DNA of 62,457 nt, filler included, from Chiloscyllium plagiosum (taxonomy: Eukaryota), in the NCBI RefSeq assembly GCF_004010195.1. It is 3 parts of one record of this genome, joined end to end, with 100 filler letters (N's around TTAATTAATTAA, not from the genome) between each part and the next. Parts side by side here need not be neighbours in the genome. Positions count along the whole stretch, not along the records: positions 1 to 23,444 come from NC_057715.1; positions 23,545 to 45,435 come from NC_057715.1; 1 more part is not named here. One strand, written 5' to 3'. The number at the start of each line of letters is the position of its first letter. The stretch's first letter is position 1. The notes beneath the pieces are model-generated. The model made no database searches and was not told the DNA's origin. It worked only from the letters and a program-made list of their open reading frames with translations. This document shows positions 13,650 to 25,459 of this stretch, in pieces. The translations under genes were made by a program, and so were the position numbers.

Positions 13650-13835
13650 GAAACAAAAACAGCAATTGCTAGAGAAACTCAGCAGATCTGGCAGCATCTA
13701 TGCAGAGAAGGCAGAGTCAACATTTTGAATCTAGTGACCTCTGAGGAACAGCAGGGGTCGACAGATGCTGCCAGACCTGCTGAATTTCTCTATTTTAGTT
13801 TCCGATTTCCAGCATCTGCACTTCCTTGTTTTATT
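13650..13835. mobile_element. Short inverted pair of PLE terminal fragments
   Basis: agagaaactcagcagatctggcagcatct is inverted against agatgctgccagacctgctgaatttctct, followed by the gatttccagcatctgca terminus. Confidence 0.65.
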
Positions 13836-14284
13836 AATTGAAATGGAAGTTGGATTGCTATAATTGGAATCCAGGAAAGTTTAACAACTTCAAAATTAAA
13901 TGTTGCTTATTGTTGAGCTATGAATACACTTTTGGAAGTTGTAAGACGAATGATTTGAGATTGAACAGCATTGAGAATCTTTCAAGTTATGAAATTATAT
14001 CAGACAACAACCCTTTGTTCATACAAGAAAAAGTATAAGTTTACCTGGCCAACCATCAAATCAAGGGGTAACCTTTACAGTACAGACAGCAGCATCTCAT
14101 CATTGTGGTCTGAACTTTTGATCTTCAGAATCTTGTTTACCCTGTCTGAATTCATTCCATCCATAGTGTCTCTTAATCATTACTGAGTTTGTGTGTTATT
14201 GAGGTTTTGAAGCAGGAAAGTTTAAATTGCATAACTTAGACATCCCTTCTGTCCTTGTTAAAGTTAAGTGTGTTCCAATACATA

Positions 14285-14495
14285 TGGGCAATCCCCAGGT
14301 TACAAATGGGTTCCATTCTTGAGTTCGTTCGCAAGTCCATTTATATATAAGTCAGAACACAAAGCAGGACAATATAAAATAGCCATTTATAAGTACAAGG
14401 AAACATTTGTATGCCATAATCTTTAAAATTACACCCCAGTGTGGGATTGCAGTCATAAGTTGACACATTTGTAAATCAGAGTGAGGACCCCCTGT
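14285..14495. mobile_element. Degenerate Tigger/pogo-like MITE
   Basis: Left end ggcaatccccaggttacaaatg and right end catttgtaa...ggaccccctg|ta form imperfect TIRs. Confidence 0.5.
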
Positions 14496-15737
14496 AGTTA
14501 CTTTCTATTTCTGAAAAAAAAATGCTGCGAAGTACTTTTGCCCTCAGTAGCAGTCTGACACGCAAATTGGTCATTTTGATAGTCACATTGGGATTTTATA
14601 TGTTTATACATTTTGTAACATATTGAAGAACCATAGGGCTCAATTATTGGTGCAGACTTTCCAGTTAATTCGCATTATCAATGAATTCCTGGATTGGACA
14701 TTAAATGTTGCAGCACTCTCGTAGAAGAGACAGTTGACTTGTTCAAAAGGGTATGGATTCCACAATTACCCTTGGGTCTACAGCATGTAAGGACAGAAAA
14801 TAAGACCCATAGAGAGGTCAAGCTCTGTACTCCACCCTGTGCCAATTTGGAGCACAATTCCGCTGTACTCTAGCAGTGATGGTGTGGTCTGGCAATTAAT
14901 CCAGCACCTCATTGTGCATGTCCATCTCCAGCCTCCTGTCATCACCAAGGTCCTCACCTGAGTCCCATATAGTCAAGAACTTTTCTTCTGGTGAGCTGGC
15001 ACGCAAACTATCCATTATCACCAGCATAGATACAGTCCACCTATGCCCAGTGACTCATCACACACTCATCATGCCTCCCAGGGATATATAAAAATTAGAG
15101 TTGATGGCTTTGAGTGCCAGATAAAGTCATAGAATTTCTTTGTCAGTCATAGAGTCATTGAATTCTTACAGTGCGGAAAGTGGCCATTTGGCCCATCGAG
15201 TCAGCACCAACCATCCAAAGAGCATCCCACCCAGGTTCCTTCCAATGTGAGGTAACACCCCACAGTGCTGAGCTGCTGATTTCTCTCTGCCTTCTGACAC
15301 TTCCTAGGCCCTTGATCTTGGATGCCTGAATGCAGAAAATCAGAAAGAGAAGGTTGGCATGATGCAGGCATGGATTTCAGGGTCACACCATCAGTCGTTT
15401 GTTACTCATGCCAGATAGCAAGTTAAGGATGAGCAGAGAGGTGTGAAAGGTAACTATTATCATCCTCAGTGTTGCAAGTGACGCGGAATGCCACAGGCTG
15501 TCTTTGCAGCCAGCCCCCATGATGCTGAAAGCCATTTCCTCTTAAACGATCAAAAGATGTAGGTGTCCTCATTTCCTGAGCACACTGTGATATTTTAATT
15601 TTTGGACATATCGTCCTGCAAGCAAAAGGGAAGCATATGAGGGATGCTGCTTCATTGTGGTCAGGTGAATACCTACATGTGTGGTGTTCATGAGGGGAGC
15701 AGCATTGAAGGTGTCTGAGTGAAAGCTAGCATCTTTT

Positions 15738-15773
15738 ATTCCTGATGAAGGGCTTTTGCCCGAAACGTCGATT
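15738..15773 (+). ncRNA. Minimal hammerhead ribozyme motif in a PLE terminal fragment (about 15730-15855)
   Basis: CTGATGA (15742-48), extra A, helix II GGGC-TTTT-GCCC, then GAAACGTC (15762-69). Confidence 0.75.
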
Positions 15774-16421
15774 TTGCTGCTCCTTGAATGCTGCCTGAAC
15801 CACTAATCCAGAATCTGGTTTCCAGCATCTGCAGTCATTGTTTTTACCTCGTTGATTTATACCCATTTATAAGTCATTGGAGGGGCACCTACTGAGCAAG
15901 TGATATGGCCAACGGGTACCAGCAACAATTACAAAATGATGGTTACAAGATGTCATTTGAGATAGATTTGCTGACTTTGATCATTCACATCAGGTTAATA
16001 ACATTTTTGTGGCACAGATACCAGGTCTATGGCTTTGAATTAACCTCCCTGACCATCTGTCCCTTGTTTTTCCTGAGCCTGGCCTATGATGATACCTGGC
16101 CCCAAATGAAGCATGGCATCTGTTCTCCTGTACAACTCCACCACTAAGTCTTCCAACACTGCAAACATGATACTGGAGTTTTCACCTTCTGCCCTGGTGT
16201 TCCATTTTCCCTGTTTAAAATTTCAGCAATATCACTCCGTAGCAGTCTGCCATTAGGCAGTGAAGGACAGATTTCCTTTAAGAATGATAGGCTGGTTGCA
16301 TTGCATGCTTTCAGCAAATGAATGTAATTAAGCACCCCACTGAGTACAGGAGCAACCTTGAGTAATGCAATGCTCAGTCTTAGGCTACACTTCTAGAAAT
16401 GAACTGGCTCACTAGTTGAAG

Positions 16422-16760
16422 CAGTACGGTGGCTCAGTGTTTTGCACTGCTGCCTCACAGCGCCAGGGACCTGGGTTCAATTCCAGCCTCGGGCGGCTGT
16501 CTGTGTGGAGATTGCACATGCTGTCCATGTCTGTGTGGGTTTCCTCCGGGTGCTCCAGTTTCCTCCCACAGTCCAAAGATGTGCAGGTTAGGTGAATTTG
16601 CCATGCTAAATTACCATAGTGTTCAGGGATGTGGAGGTTAGGAACATTAGTCAGGGTAATATAATGTAGTAAGGGAATGGCCTGGGTGGGAAACTGTTGG
16701 GAGGGTTGGTGTGGACTTGTTGGGCCTAATGGCCTTTTTTGACACTGCAGGGATTCTATG
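16422..16760 (+). mobile_element. HE1/V-SINE-type SINE
   Basis: Full head cggtggctcagtg...gggacctgggttcaattcc, V core, and tail gggattctatga. Confidence 0.9.
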
Positions 16761-17313
16761 AGTATCAAATATTAGTGTTGCTTTTCTCCACTGTTACCAA
16801 TGCATGAAAGTGACAAATAATGATCCCCATGTTTACACAATGAAAAGAACAATTTTTAGTCCACAGTGGGATAATCCAAATATTTCCAGTGAATCATGAC
16901 ATTAACAGAGCAAAATCACAACACAATGTTATTTAGTTGTGCAGGAAATCCATTTTACATTCTGCTAACTGATGATTAACAGAACAGGTTTAATGAGGAG
17001 AATGTTGTTCACCTTTTGTATATTTTGTATATTGGCTGTTGTATAGTTTAAAAATGCATTTTTAATGCTGGAAAGTATAGGTATCATACTGACTCTGTCT
17101 AAATTACAAATATCAAGTGTACTCCAACCATATGATTCAAGAGATATCGCCTGGCTTTGTTAACACAGAATCTGGAATTTAGTCCTTAGTGCAAATATCA
17201 CTAAATATCTCTCTCTGTGTGTTAACTTGAAAATCCAAACAATAGCATATTGTCCATTATGATATGCAACAAAGTTAGAATAGCAGTAATGCCTCCAAGC
17301 TATAAATATGGGG

Positions 17314-17612
17314 GTGGCATGGTGGCTCAGTGGTTAGCACTGCTGCCTCACAGCGCCAGGGACCTGGGTTCAATTCCACCCTTGGGCAACTGTCTTTGTG
17401 GAGTTTGCACATTCTCCCCGTGTCTCCGTGGAATTCCTCCGGGTGCTCCCGTTTCCTCCCACAGTCCAAAGATGTGCAAGTCAGGTGAATTGGCCATTCT
17501 AAATTGCCCATAGTGTTCGGTGCATTAGTCAGAGGGAAAATGGGTCGATGTGGACTTGTTGAGCTGAAGGGGCTGTTTCCATACTGTAGGAAATCTGATC
17601 TAAGCTAATCTA
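17314..17612 (+). mobile_element. HE1/V-SINE-type SINE
   Basis: Full head and V core, with a taatcta-like tail. Confidence 0.9.
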
Positions 17613-17624
17613 AAATAGTCATCC

Positions 17625-18190
17625 GGTGGTGTAGCTTAATGTTCTTAGGACATGAGTTCAAATTCCAACATGGCAACTAGGGCAATTTCAATTTAATTAA
17701 TAAATCTGGACTTGAAAGCTAGTCAAATGAAACTACAGTAGCGCCTCGACTTACGAACTTAATCCGTTCCGGGACCCGGTTCGCAAACCGAAAAGTTCGC
17801 GAACTAAATCAATTTGCCCATTGTTCGGATATTCAAAGCGCGCGTAGCAAAGCAGAACAATGACAATGAAACCACAGGCTTTTTGCGTTCGTACCTTGAA
17901 TTTCGTATGTACGTTGAAGCAAAATTTTACGTACAATCCTGTTTGTAAACCAATTTGTTTGTGAACGGGGTCGTTCGTATGTCGAGGTGCTACTGTACTA
18001 TCAATTGTTGTAAAATGGGTCTATCTATTGTCCTTACCTGGTCTGGCCTCCATGTAAATCCGGACCAATGGCAATTTCGTCGACTCCTAATTGTCCCCTG
18101 AAATGGTCTAGCAAGCTGGTCATTTCAATGATGGTTATGGGTAATGAACAAATGCAGGCCTTGCTAGTAACACCCACATCCCAGGAATTA
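17625..18190 (+). mobile_element. SINE of the 301-600 family, interrupted by a MITE
   Basis: gagttcaaattccaacatggca...aataaatctgga before the MITE; tccttacctggtctggcc...cacccacatccca after it. Confidence 0.6.
17736..17995. mobile_element. Tigger/pogo-family MITE (260 bp)
   Basis: TA|CAGTAGCGCCTCGACTTACGAAC ... GTTCGTATGTCGAGGTGCTACTG|TA. The TIRs match 21/23 and the TA target duplication is intact. Interior is CpG-rich. Confidence 0.92.
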
Positions 18191-18468
18191 ATTTTTAAAA
18201 ATCCTGAAGAATTTTGAATTTGTTTAGCTCATTGTTTTCTAGGTATTCAAATGATGTTTTTTTCACTATGTAGGTTATACCCAAGGTTGGGGTTTGTCCA
18301 AGACCAGTCTGTTTTAGTGGTTTGACAGCAGTTCCTCTGAAGTGCTTTTATACAGTATGGAGCCTTTTCTATAAACTGTCTGTGTGGAAATGTAACTAAG
18401 GGTTTAAATACTTGCAGTAATCTTAACACTATGCTTATGATTGTCTTGAGGATGGTATCCATTACTTT

Positions 18469-20810
18469 GTAATGTTATTCTAGTATGATTTAGAAACCAT
18501 ATATATTTATGTATATGTACGCTTATTCAGAGATTCACATCACTCCTTGTTCCTTCTGAGGAAGGAGTAAGCTGAGTAATGGATATATAGATCCAAAGAC
18601 CAGTGTTTGTGCCTGAGACAAAGATCTGAGACTAATATGTTCAGCATGAGGAGAGGCAAAAATTCCCCATTGACAAGAAGAAGGATTTTGTATCTTGTTT
18701 TTAGCAGGTAGAATCGATACCATTTTTGACCACTATACTACAGGTTCTTGGGCTTCAAGAATTTCTTAGAGGGACTGTCTGGGGAGGTACTGAGCTATCA
18801 CCCTCACAACACTAAAGTGTTCACTACGAGATATTCTGAGGATCTGATGGAGAAGTGGACAAGAACAGGTATGGACCCTGCAAGCTGGACAGCATTGTGG
18901 AAAATTAATTCTGCAATAAACACATTATTAAGGGAAATTAGTGAAAATTTCTGAAGATGAAGCAAAAAATACCAGCTATGATGTTTGATACACACTGTAC
19001 AAAGGAAAAGGCATGGCCATATGTCCAATCCGGAAAGGCCTGAGGTAACACTAATAAATTCTATTAAGCTACTTTCGGATTTCTCATTCATCTCTTAAGA
19101 GTTTGTAAATTAATGTTCCCTTTTATCTAAGATTTGAGAATTTGAACATCTATTTCAGCAGCATGGAGGTCTGTTCTCTGTGCAAGGGATTCCTGCAGGA
19201 ATAATATGTGATAATGGAACTCACTTCACTTTCAGAGAATTTAAGGAATTTATCAAATAGAATAGACTCGACATCACTTCCTCATCACCCATTGTACCCA
19301 GGAGAACAAGTTTCATCGATACATGTTCATATGATCAAGAGAACCCTCATGAAATACTGAGAAACAAAAGACCATCTAAATCTGACCTTATTGTCATCTT
19401 GATCTGCACACTCAAGACTGGCATGAAATTGCAGGCAATACCAGTAGACCAGCATTGCCAAGTAAATTGCACCCTCCAAAAGTTCAAGAGAAAATAAGGC
19501 AACAATTACTGATTGATGCTCAGACAGAACAAGGTCAACATTCCAACAAACATACCAACAAACTAAAGCTGCTTTCACTTAATGAAACAAAAAAAGACAC
19601 TATTACCCTAGGGAAAGACAGAAAGAAATAAACAATCAAAAATTGGCTCTCCCTGGACTCTGTCCTCACTAACTACCCATGAGAAGAGGCCACAGGGGAC
19701 CAAAATAAAAATAAACACAAACAAATCAAAGAAAACAAACAATAAGTTCTGCAATAAACACATTTTTAAGGGGCTATTCAATCTCAGATTGAACTATTCA
19801 AAAACTTTACATGTACAGGATCAAATCATGAAAACTTGGAATCCAGCAAGCTTGGTGAAGCCGAGACCAAAGGTTGCACACCATCTACTGGTAAACAAGT
19901 GACAAGAGTCCATAATCTGCCTAAATTGAACTGGAGAATCATAAAAGGTCATCAACACCAGCAATATCATCAATAAGCAAAGTTAAAAATCACATAACAC
20001 CAAGTTGTAGTCCAACAGGTTGAATTGGAAGCACACTAGCTTTCGGAGCGTCGCTCCTTCAGCAGTTGGTAGTGGAGGGCTCAATACTAACACACAGAAT
20101 TTATAGCAAAAATTTACAGTGTGATGTAACTGAAATTATACATTGAAAATTTGATTGTCAATTGATTGATTGTCAATTTTTCAATGTGTAATTTCAGTTA
20201 CATCACACTGTAAATGTTTGCTATAAATTCTGTGTGTTAGGATTGAACCCGCCACTACCACCTGATGAAGGAGCGACGCTCCAAAAGCTAGTGTGCTTCC
20301 AATTAAACCTGTTGGACTATAACCTGGTGTTGTGTGATTTTTAAATTTGTACACCCCAGTCCAACACTGGCATCTCCAAATCATCAATAAGCAAGGCAAT
20401 GTCAACTGATGCACAGAGGAAAGTCAATTCACAAAGTCAACAGGAAATGCCACAACATTTGCAGCATCAAGTACAAACTCTATAAAGTGCATAACATCAT
20501 CAACACACCATACCAATCCATCACAATGATAGTGACAGTAACCAATTCCATGAAATGGATGCACAACACCCTACTCCACAAGCAAGACTAGGAATACTAC
20601 TCTTGAAAAAAAGAAAAGCACATAAGGTTCTTGAAATGTTCAATTTATTTATACAAGTTAATGTCAATCTTCTTTAGACAATACACAGAAGTTAATGATT
20701 TAAACAGTTAAGTAAGTATATTCTTTTTTTAAAAGATGATGTTCTATTGTTATACTAATTCCAGTATGATTTAGGAATTATGTATTCACGTATACAGTTT
20801 GCTTACCATG
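18469..20810 (+). mobile_element. Highly decayed, internally deleted Gypsy LTR retrotransposon
   Basis: Integrase core near 19170-19260 reads LFSVQGIPAGIICDNGTHFTFREFKEF, followed by ITSSSP, IKRTLMK and later QDQIMKTWNPASLVK. Similar LTR-start-like sequences occur at about 18470 (ttctagtatgatttagaaac) and about 20750 (ttccagtatgatttaggaat). Confidence 0.7.
19979..20384. mobile_element. Miniature fold-back Penelope element nested in the Gypsy remnant
   Basis: Near-palindrome of two PLE termini, flanked by the duplicated 15-mer atcatcaataagcaa (19966-80 and 20380-94). Confidence 0.88.
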
Positions 20811-22179
20811 TGTCAGACTGCAGTACGTGGTGCGATCAAAAAGACCATTCTAAGAATCTCCAACATTTGACTTTAAGCTGTCCTCATTTCAAATTTCTGG
20901 TAACCACAAGACATAGATGTACCAAATTCAGTTCATAATACTGTCGCACATAGCTATAAACCAAAATAGTGTATTTCTTCACTTACAATCAGTAAAAAGG
21001 TAAAGCGCAGGAGTTGGAAATACTAAACGTTCATTTCAATGGACCTTTGAAGCAGTGGTAGTGTCCCTACTTCTGAAAATTGCCATGATCTGTCCACATA
21101 TGTTAAAAAAAAATTAAAGTTCATTCTTAACTGTACATAGGATGAGAAATCCTTAAAAGATTTCAGAGGGAATATCAAAGTTGTTTTGATTATGAAGGAC
21201 TAAGTCCTAGCTTGTGGCACAGTGAATTCAGTCACTTTACTTTTATGTTTCATTTCAATTGTAAGTCAGAACCTTTTGTTTGCCCAGTTGACAGAAATAC
21301 TCCAAACTACTTTCAAGCTCTGGCAGATAGTCTCTTAGGTATCAATTGCATTCTGCTAACTCTTTTGAAGTATTTTTTCAGACAGCATTAACAATATGAC
21401 ATACGTGTATATGTGTGCCTACATTAGGATCGACACAATCCTTGGATTGTACAATAACTGGATGTCTGTAAATGTATACAGTTCACATCTCCAAATAAGC
21501 AGGTTTACTGGATATGTGTAACAAGATCATTACCAAAGAATGACAATCCCTTCAGATACCAGAAACCTTTAGAAATTAATTCAATAAAAAGTCACTTGAT
21601 CTTTTGATCAGAAGACATAGTCAAATGTTTGAGTAAATGAAAGCAGCAGCCATTCTTTGCAGCAGTACTTTTGATCTAAAATTGTAATGCGATATCTATG
21701 AAGTCCTTATTGATTTCAGCTCCATTCTGTAAATAGTTTACCAAAAAAACTCCTGAAATTGACATTTTATCCAATAATCCCAGTCCTAGGTTAGTACCTG
21801 ATATAGTCCATTAGATCTTTGGTTTATCTTAAATGATGTATTCTCTGTTGCTCATACCTTATTTCAGGTTTATAAAGTCATTTTTTATTTGCACCTTCCA
21901 TACACCAAGAACACCTCATTTCACAGAATGTCTGCCACTGATTTTGTTCTCACGTCAGCATATTCCCAAAGATCATATAAGCCCTACCTCAGTTTAGCAT
22001 GTTAAAATTCACAATTGACAGTAAAGCCTTGAAAGGAATATTCTTTATCTGATGATCAACTAAAACTAAAAAATGGACAAGATATAATTAACTCAATTTT
22101 GCATTTGCACACTAACAAAGAGAAAAACAGACATTATCAATTTGTGAAGATTTGCAGCTGTAAAGCAGTAATTGCAGAG

Positions 22180-22682
22180 TACAGCGGAATCGTGATCAGA
22201 TGAGTCAATGGGCTGAGGAGTGGAGATGGAATTTAATTTAGATAAATGCTGCATTTGGGAAAAACAAATCAGAGCATGACTTATACACTTAATGGTAAGG
22301 TCCTATGGAGTGTTGCTGAACAAAGAGACCTTGGAGTGCAGGTTCATAGTTCCTTGAAAGTAGAGACACAGGTAGGTAGGTTAGTGAAAAGGCATTTGGT
22401 ATGCTTTCCTTTATTGGTCAGAGTATGATATCTTGGAATTGGGAGGTCATGTTGTGGCTGTACAGGACATTGGTTAGGTCACTTTTGGAACATTGCGTGC
22501 AATTCTGCTCTCCTTCCTATCGGAAGGATGTGGTGAAACTTGAAAGGATTCAGAAAAGATTTGCAAGGATGTTGCCAAGGTTGGAGGATTTGAGCTATCG
22601 GGAGAGGCTGAAAAGATTGGGGCTGTTTTCCCTGGAGTGTTGGAGGCTGAGGGATGATCTTATAGACTTTTATAAAATCATG
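22180..22682 (+). mobile_element. CR1-type LINE RT fragment
   Basis: QRDLGVQVH and LYRTLVRSLLEHCVQFCSP motifs. Confidence 0.9.
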
Positions 22683-22685
22683 TGA

Positions 22686-23444
22686 GACATAGAGTCATAG
22701 AGATGTACAGCATGGGAACAGACCCTTCAGTCCAACACGTCCATGCCAACCAGATATCCCAACCCAATCTAGTCCCACCTGCCAGCGCCTGGCCCATAGC
22801 CTCCAAACCTTGCCTATTCGTATACCCATCCAAATGCCTCTTAAATGTTGCAATTGTACCAGCCTGCACCACTTCTTCTGGCAGTTCATTCCATACACGT
22901 ACCATTCTCTGTGTGAAAAGTTGCCCCTTAGGTCTCTTTTATATCTTTCCCCTCTCACCCTAAACCTATGCCCTCTAGCTCTGGACCCCCCAACCCCAGG
23001 GAAAAGGCTTTGCCTATTTACCTTATCCATGCCCCTCATAATTTTGTAAACCTCTATAAGGTCACCCCTCAGCCTCCGAAGCTCCAAAGAAAACATTCCC
23101 AGCCTGTTCAGCCTCTCCCTGTAGCTCAAATCCTCCAACCCTGGCAACGTCCTTATAAATCTTTTCTGAACCCTTTCAAGTTTCACAACATCTTTCCGAT
23201 AGGAAGGAGACCAGAATTACATGCAATATTCCAACAGTGGCCTAACCAATGTCCTGTACAGCCGCAACATAACCTCGCAACTTCTGTACTCAATACTCTG
23301 ACCAATAAAGGAAAGCATACCAAACAACTTCTTCACTATCCTATCTAACTGCGACTCCACTTTCAAGGAGCTATGACCCTGCACTCCAAGGTCTCTTTGT
23401 TCAGCAACACTCCCTCGGACCTTACCATTAAGTGTATAAGCCCT
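22686..23444 (-). mobile_element. CR1-type LINE 3' portion
   Basis: ORF 22695-23186 LERVQKRF...RGDLIEVYKIM and a ctctatgactctatg tail. Runs into the assembly gap. Confidence 0.92.
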
Positions 23445-23544
23445 NNNNNNNNNNNNNNNNNNNNNNNNNNNNNNNNNNNNNNNNNNNNTTAATTAATTAA
23501 NNNNNNNNNNNNNNNNNNNNNNNNNNNNNNNNNNNNNNNNNNNN
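23445..23544. other. Assembly gap with artificial TTAATTAATTAA spacer
   Basis: 44 N, then TTAATTAATTAA, then 44 N, totalling 100 nt. Identical construct at 45436-45535. Confidence 0.95.
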
Positions 23545-23775
23545 GTGGTAGGTATAGGACAGATGTTAGGGGTAGGTTCTTTACTCAGCGAGTCGTGAGT
23601 TCATGGAATGCCCTGCCAGTAGCAGTGGTGGACTCTCCCTCTTTATGGGCATTTAAGCGGGCATTGGATAGGCATATGGAGGATAGTGGGCTAGTGTAGG
23701 TTAGGTGGGCTTGGATCGGCACAACACCGAGGGCCAAAGGGCCTGTACTGCGCTGTATTCTTCTATGTTCTATGT
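23545..23775 (+). mobile_element. CR1-type LINE 3' end
   Basis: FFTQRVVSSWNALP coding sequence and a ttctatg tail. Confidence 0.88.
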
Positions 23776-24087
23776 CTATTAATGTTATCCAGTATTGGTA
23801 TGTTTAGAGACTACCCTGGGATGATATTTATTTGACAGTTCTAGTATAGTTAGTTGAGTTATCTTTGCATAACCTTTTGGAACATTTGCTACTTGCCAGT
23901 CCTCGAATATTAGGAGAAAGTGAGGACTGCAGATGCTGGAGATCAGATCAAAAAGTATGGTGCTGGAAAAGCACAGCCGGTCAGTTAGCATCCGAGGAGT
24001 AGGAGGGTTGGCATGTCGAGCATAAGCTCTTAATCAATATGAACCTTGATTGACCAGATCCTTAGCTAGTAGATGCATCCACATATT

Positions 24088-24440
24088 GAATCAGAAAATG
24101 TTGTGGTTCTGTTCGCCGAGCTGGGAATTTGTGTTGCAGACGTTTCGTCCCCTGTCTAGGTGACATCCTCAATGCTTGGGAGCCTCCTGTGAAGCACTTC
24201 TGTGATCTTTCCTCCGGCATTTGTAGTGGTTTGTCTGTGCCGCTTCCGGTTGTCAGTTCCAGCTGTCCGCTGCAGTGGCCGGTATATTGGGTCCAGGTTG
24301 ATGTGTTTGTTGACAGAATCTGTGGATAAGTGCCATGCCTCTAGGAGTTCCCTGGCTGTTCTCTGTTTGGCTTGTCCTATAATAGTAATGTTGTCCCAAT
24401 TAAACTCATGTTGCTTGTCATGAAAGCAACAAGAAAATGT
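24088..24440 (-). mobile_element. Penelope-like element 3' fragment
   Basis: HEFNWDNITIIGQAKQRTARELLEAWH (GIY-YIG C-terminal part). Degenerate hammerhead tTGAGGA...GAAACGTC at about 24139-24172. Confidence 0.85.
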
Positions 24441-24469
24441 TCTTGTACACACATAACAAACTCCTCTCA

Positions 24470-24738
24470 ATCTAAACCCTTCACACATTGGCAGTCCCAG
24501 TCGATCTTTAGAAAGTTAAAATCCCCTATCATAACCACTCTTTTATTCTGACAGATAACTGAAATCTGTTTCTCAATTTCCCACTGACTATTAGAGGGTC
24601 TATAATGCAATCCCAATAAGGTGATCATCCCTTTCTTATTTCTCAGGTCCACCCAAATAACTTCCATGAATGTATGCCCGCTAATATCCTTGCTAAGTAC
24701 ATCAGTAATGCCATCCCTTATCAAAAATGCCACTCCCT
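24470..24738 (-). mobile_element. CR1 APE-endonuclease fragment
   Basis: LLGLHYRPSNS...VVMIGDFNF.KIDW. Confidence 0.85.
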
Positions 24739-24744
24739 TAACAA

Positions 24745-25105
24745 CTTTATAAAATAATGAGAGGTATGGATAGAGCTGATGGTAGTTGGCTTTTCCCTAG
24801 GATGGGGGATTTTAAGGCTAGGGGGATCATTTTTAAGGGAAGAGGAGAAAGATTTAAATGAGACATAAGAGGCAAATTTTTTACACAGAGCATGTTCGCG
24901 TATGGAATGAACTTCCTGAGGAGATGGTGGATGTGTTTACAATTACAACATTTAAAAGTCATTTTTGTGGATATATGAATACCAATGGTTTTGAGGGATA
25001 TGGGCTAGTAGCAGGCAGGTGGGATGAGTTTATTTTGGGATTATCTTCAGCATGGACTGGTTTGACCAAAGGGTCTGTTTCCTTGCTGTATGACTCTATG
25101 ACTGT
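24745..25105 (+). mobile_element. CR1-type LINE 3' end
   Basis: VWNELPEEMVD and a tgactctatgac tail. Confidence 0.85.
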
Positions 25106-25459
25106 ATGCCCACTTCTAAGGTTATTGGGCAATGAAATAGTATAAAAGGATCAATTTTATTTCCACAAACTATAGTTCATGCACACCCACTGGAAGGTAT
25201 ATACTGAAGAAACATACTACCAAATAAATTGTCTGCTGGGAATCCTCATACCACAGCTGGGATCTGTGTTCACCATCCAAGCACTACATTACAGCCTGAT
25301 CTTATCTTATAGAAACTCTCTTATAGAATCATAGAATGTTTACAGGACACAAAGAGGCCATTCAGCTCATGGTGTCGATGCTGGGCCCTCTTTTCCCTGT
25401 AGAGTTGCAAAGTATTTCCTTTTCAAAATATGACACAATTCCCTTTGAAAAGCCTTACT

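Noticed and set aside
14860..16330. Moderately GC-rich segments that might be further Harbinger remnants
   Set aside because: I could not read a convincing motif in any frame.
16422..17612. tRNA-like A/B boxes
   Set aside because: These are SINE heads continuing into V-domain bodies, not tRNA genes.
23489..23500. TTAATTAATTAA palindrome inside N runs (also 45480-45491)
   Set aside because: The identical 44N-12-44N construct occurs twice, so it is an artificial scaffold spacer rather than biological sequence.
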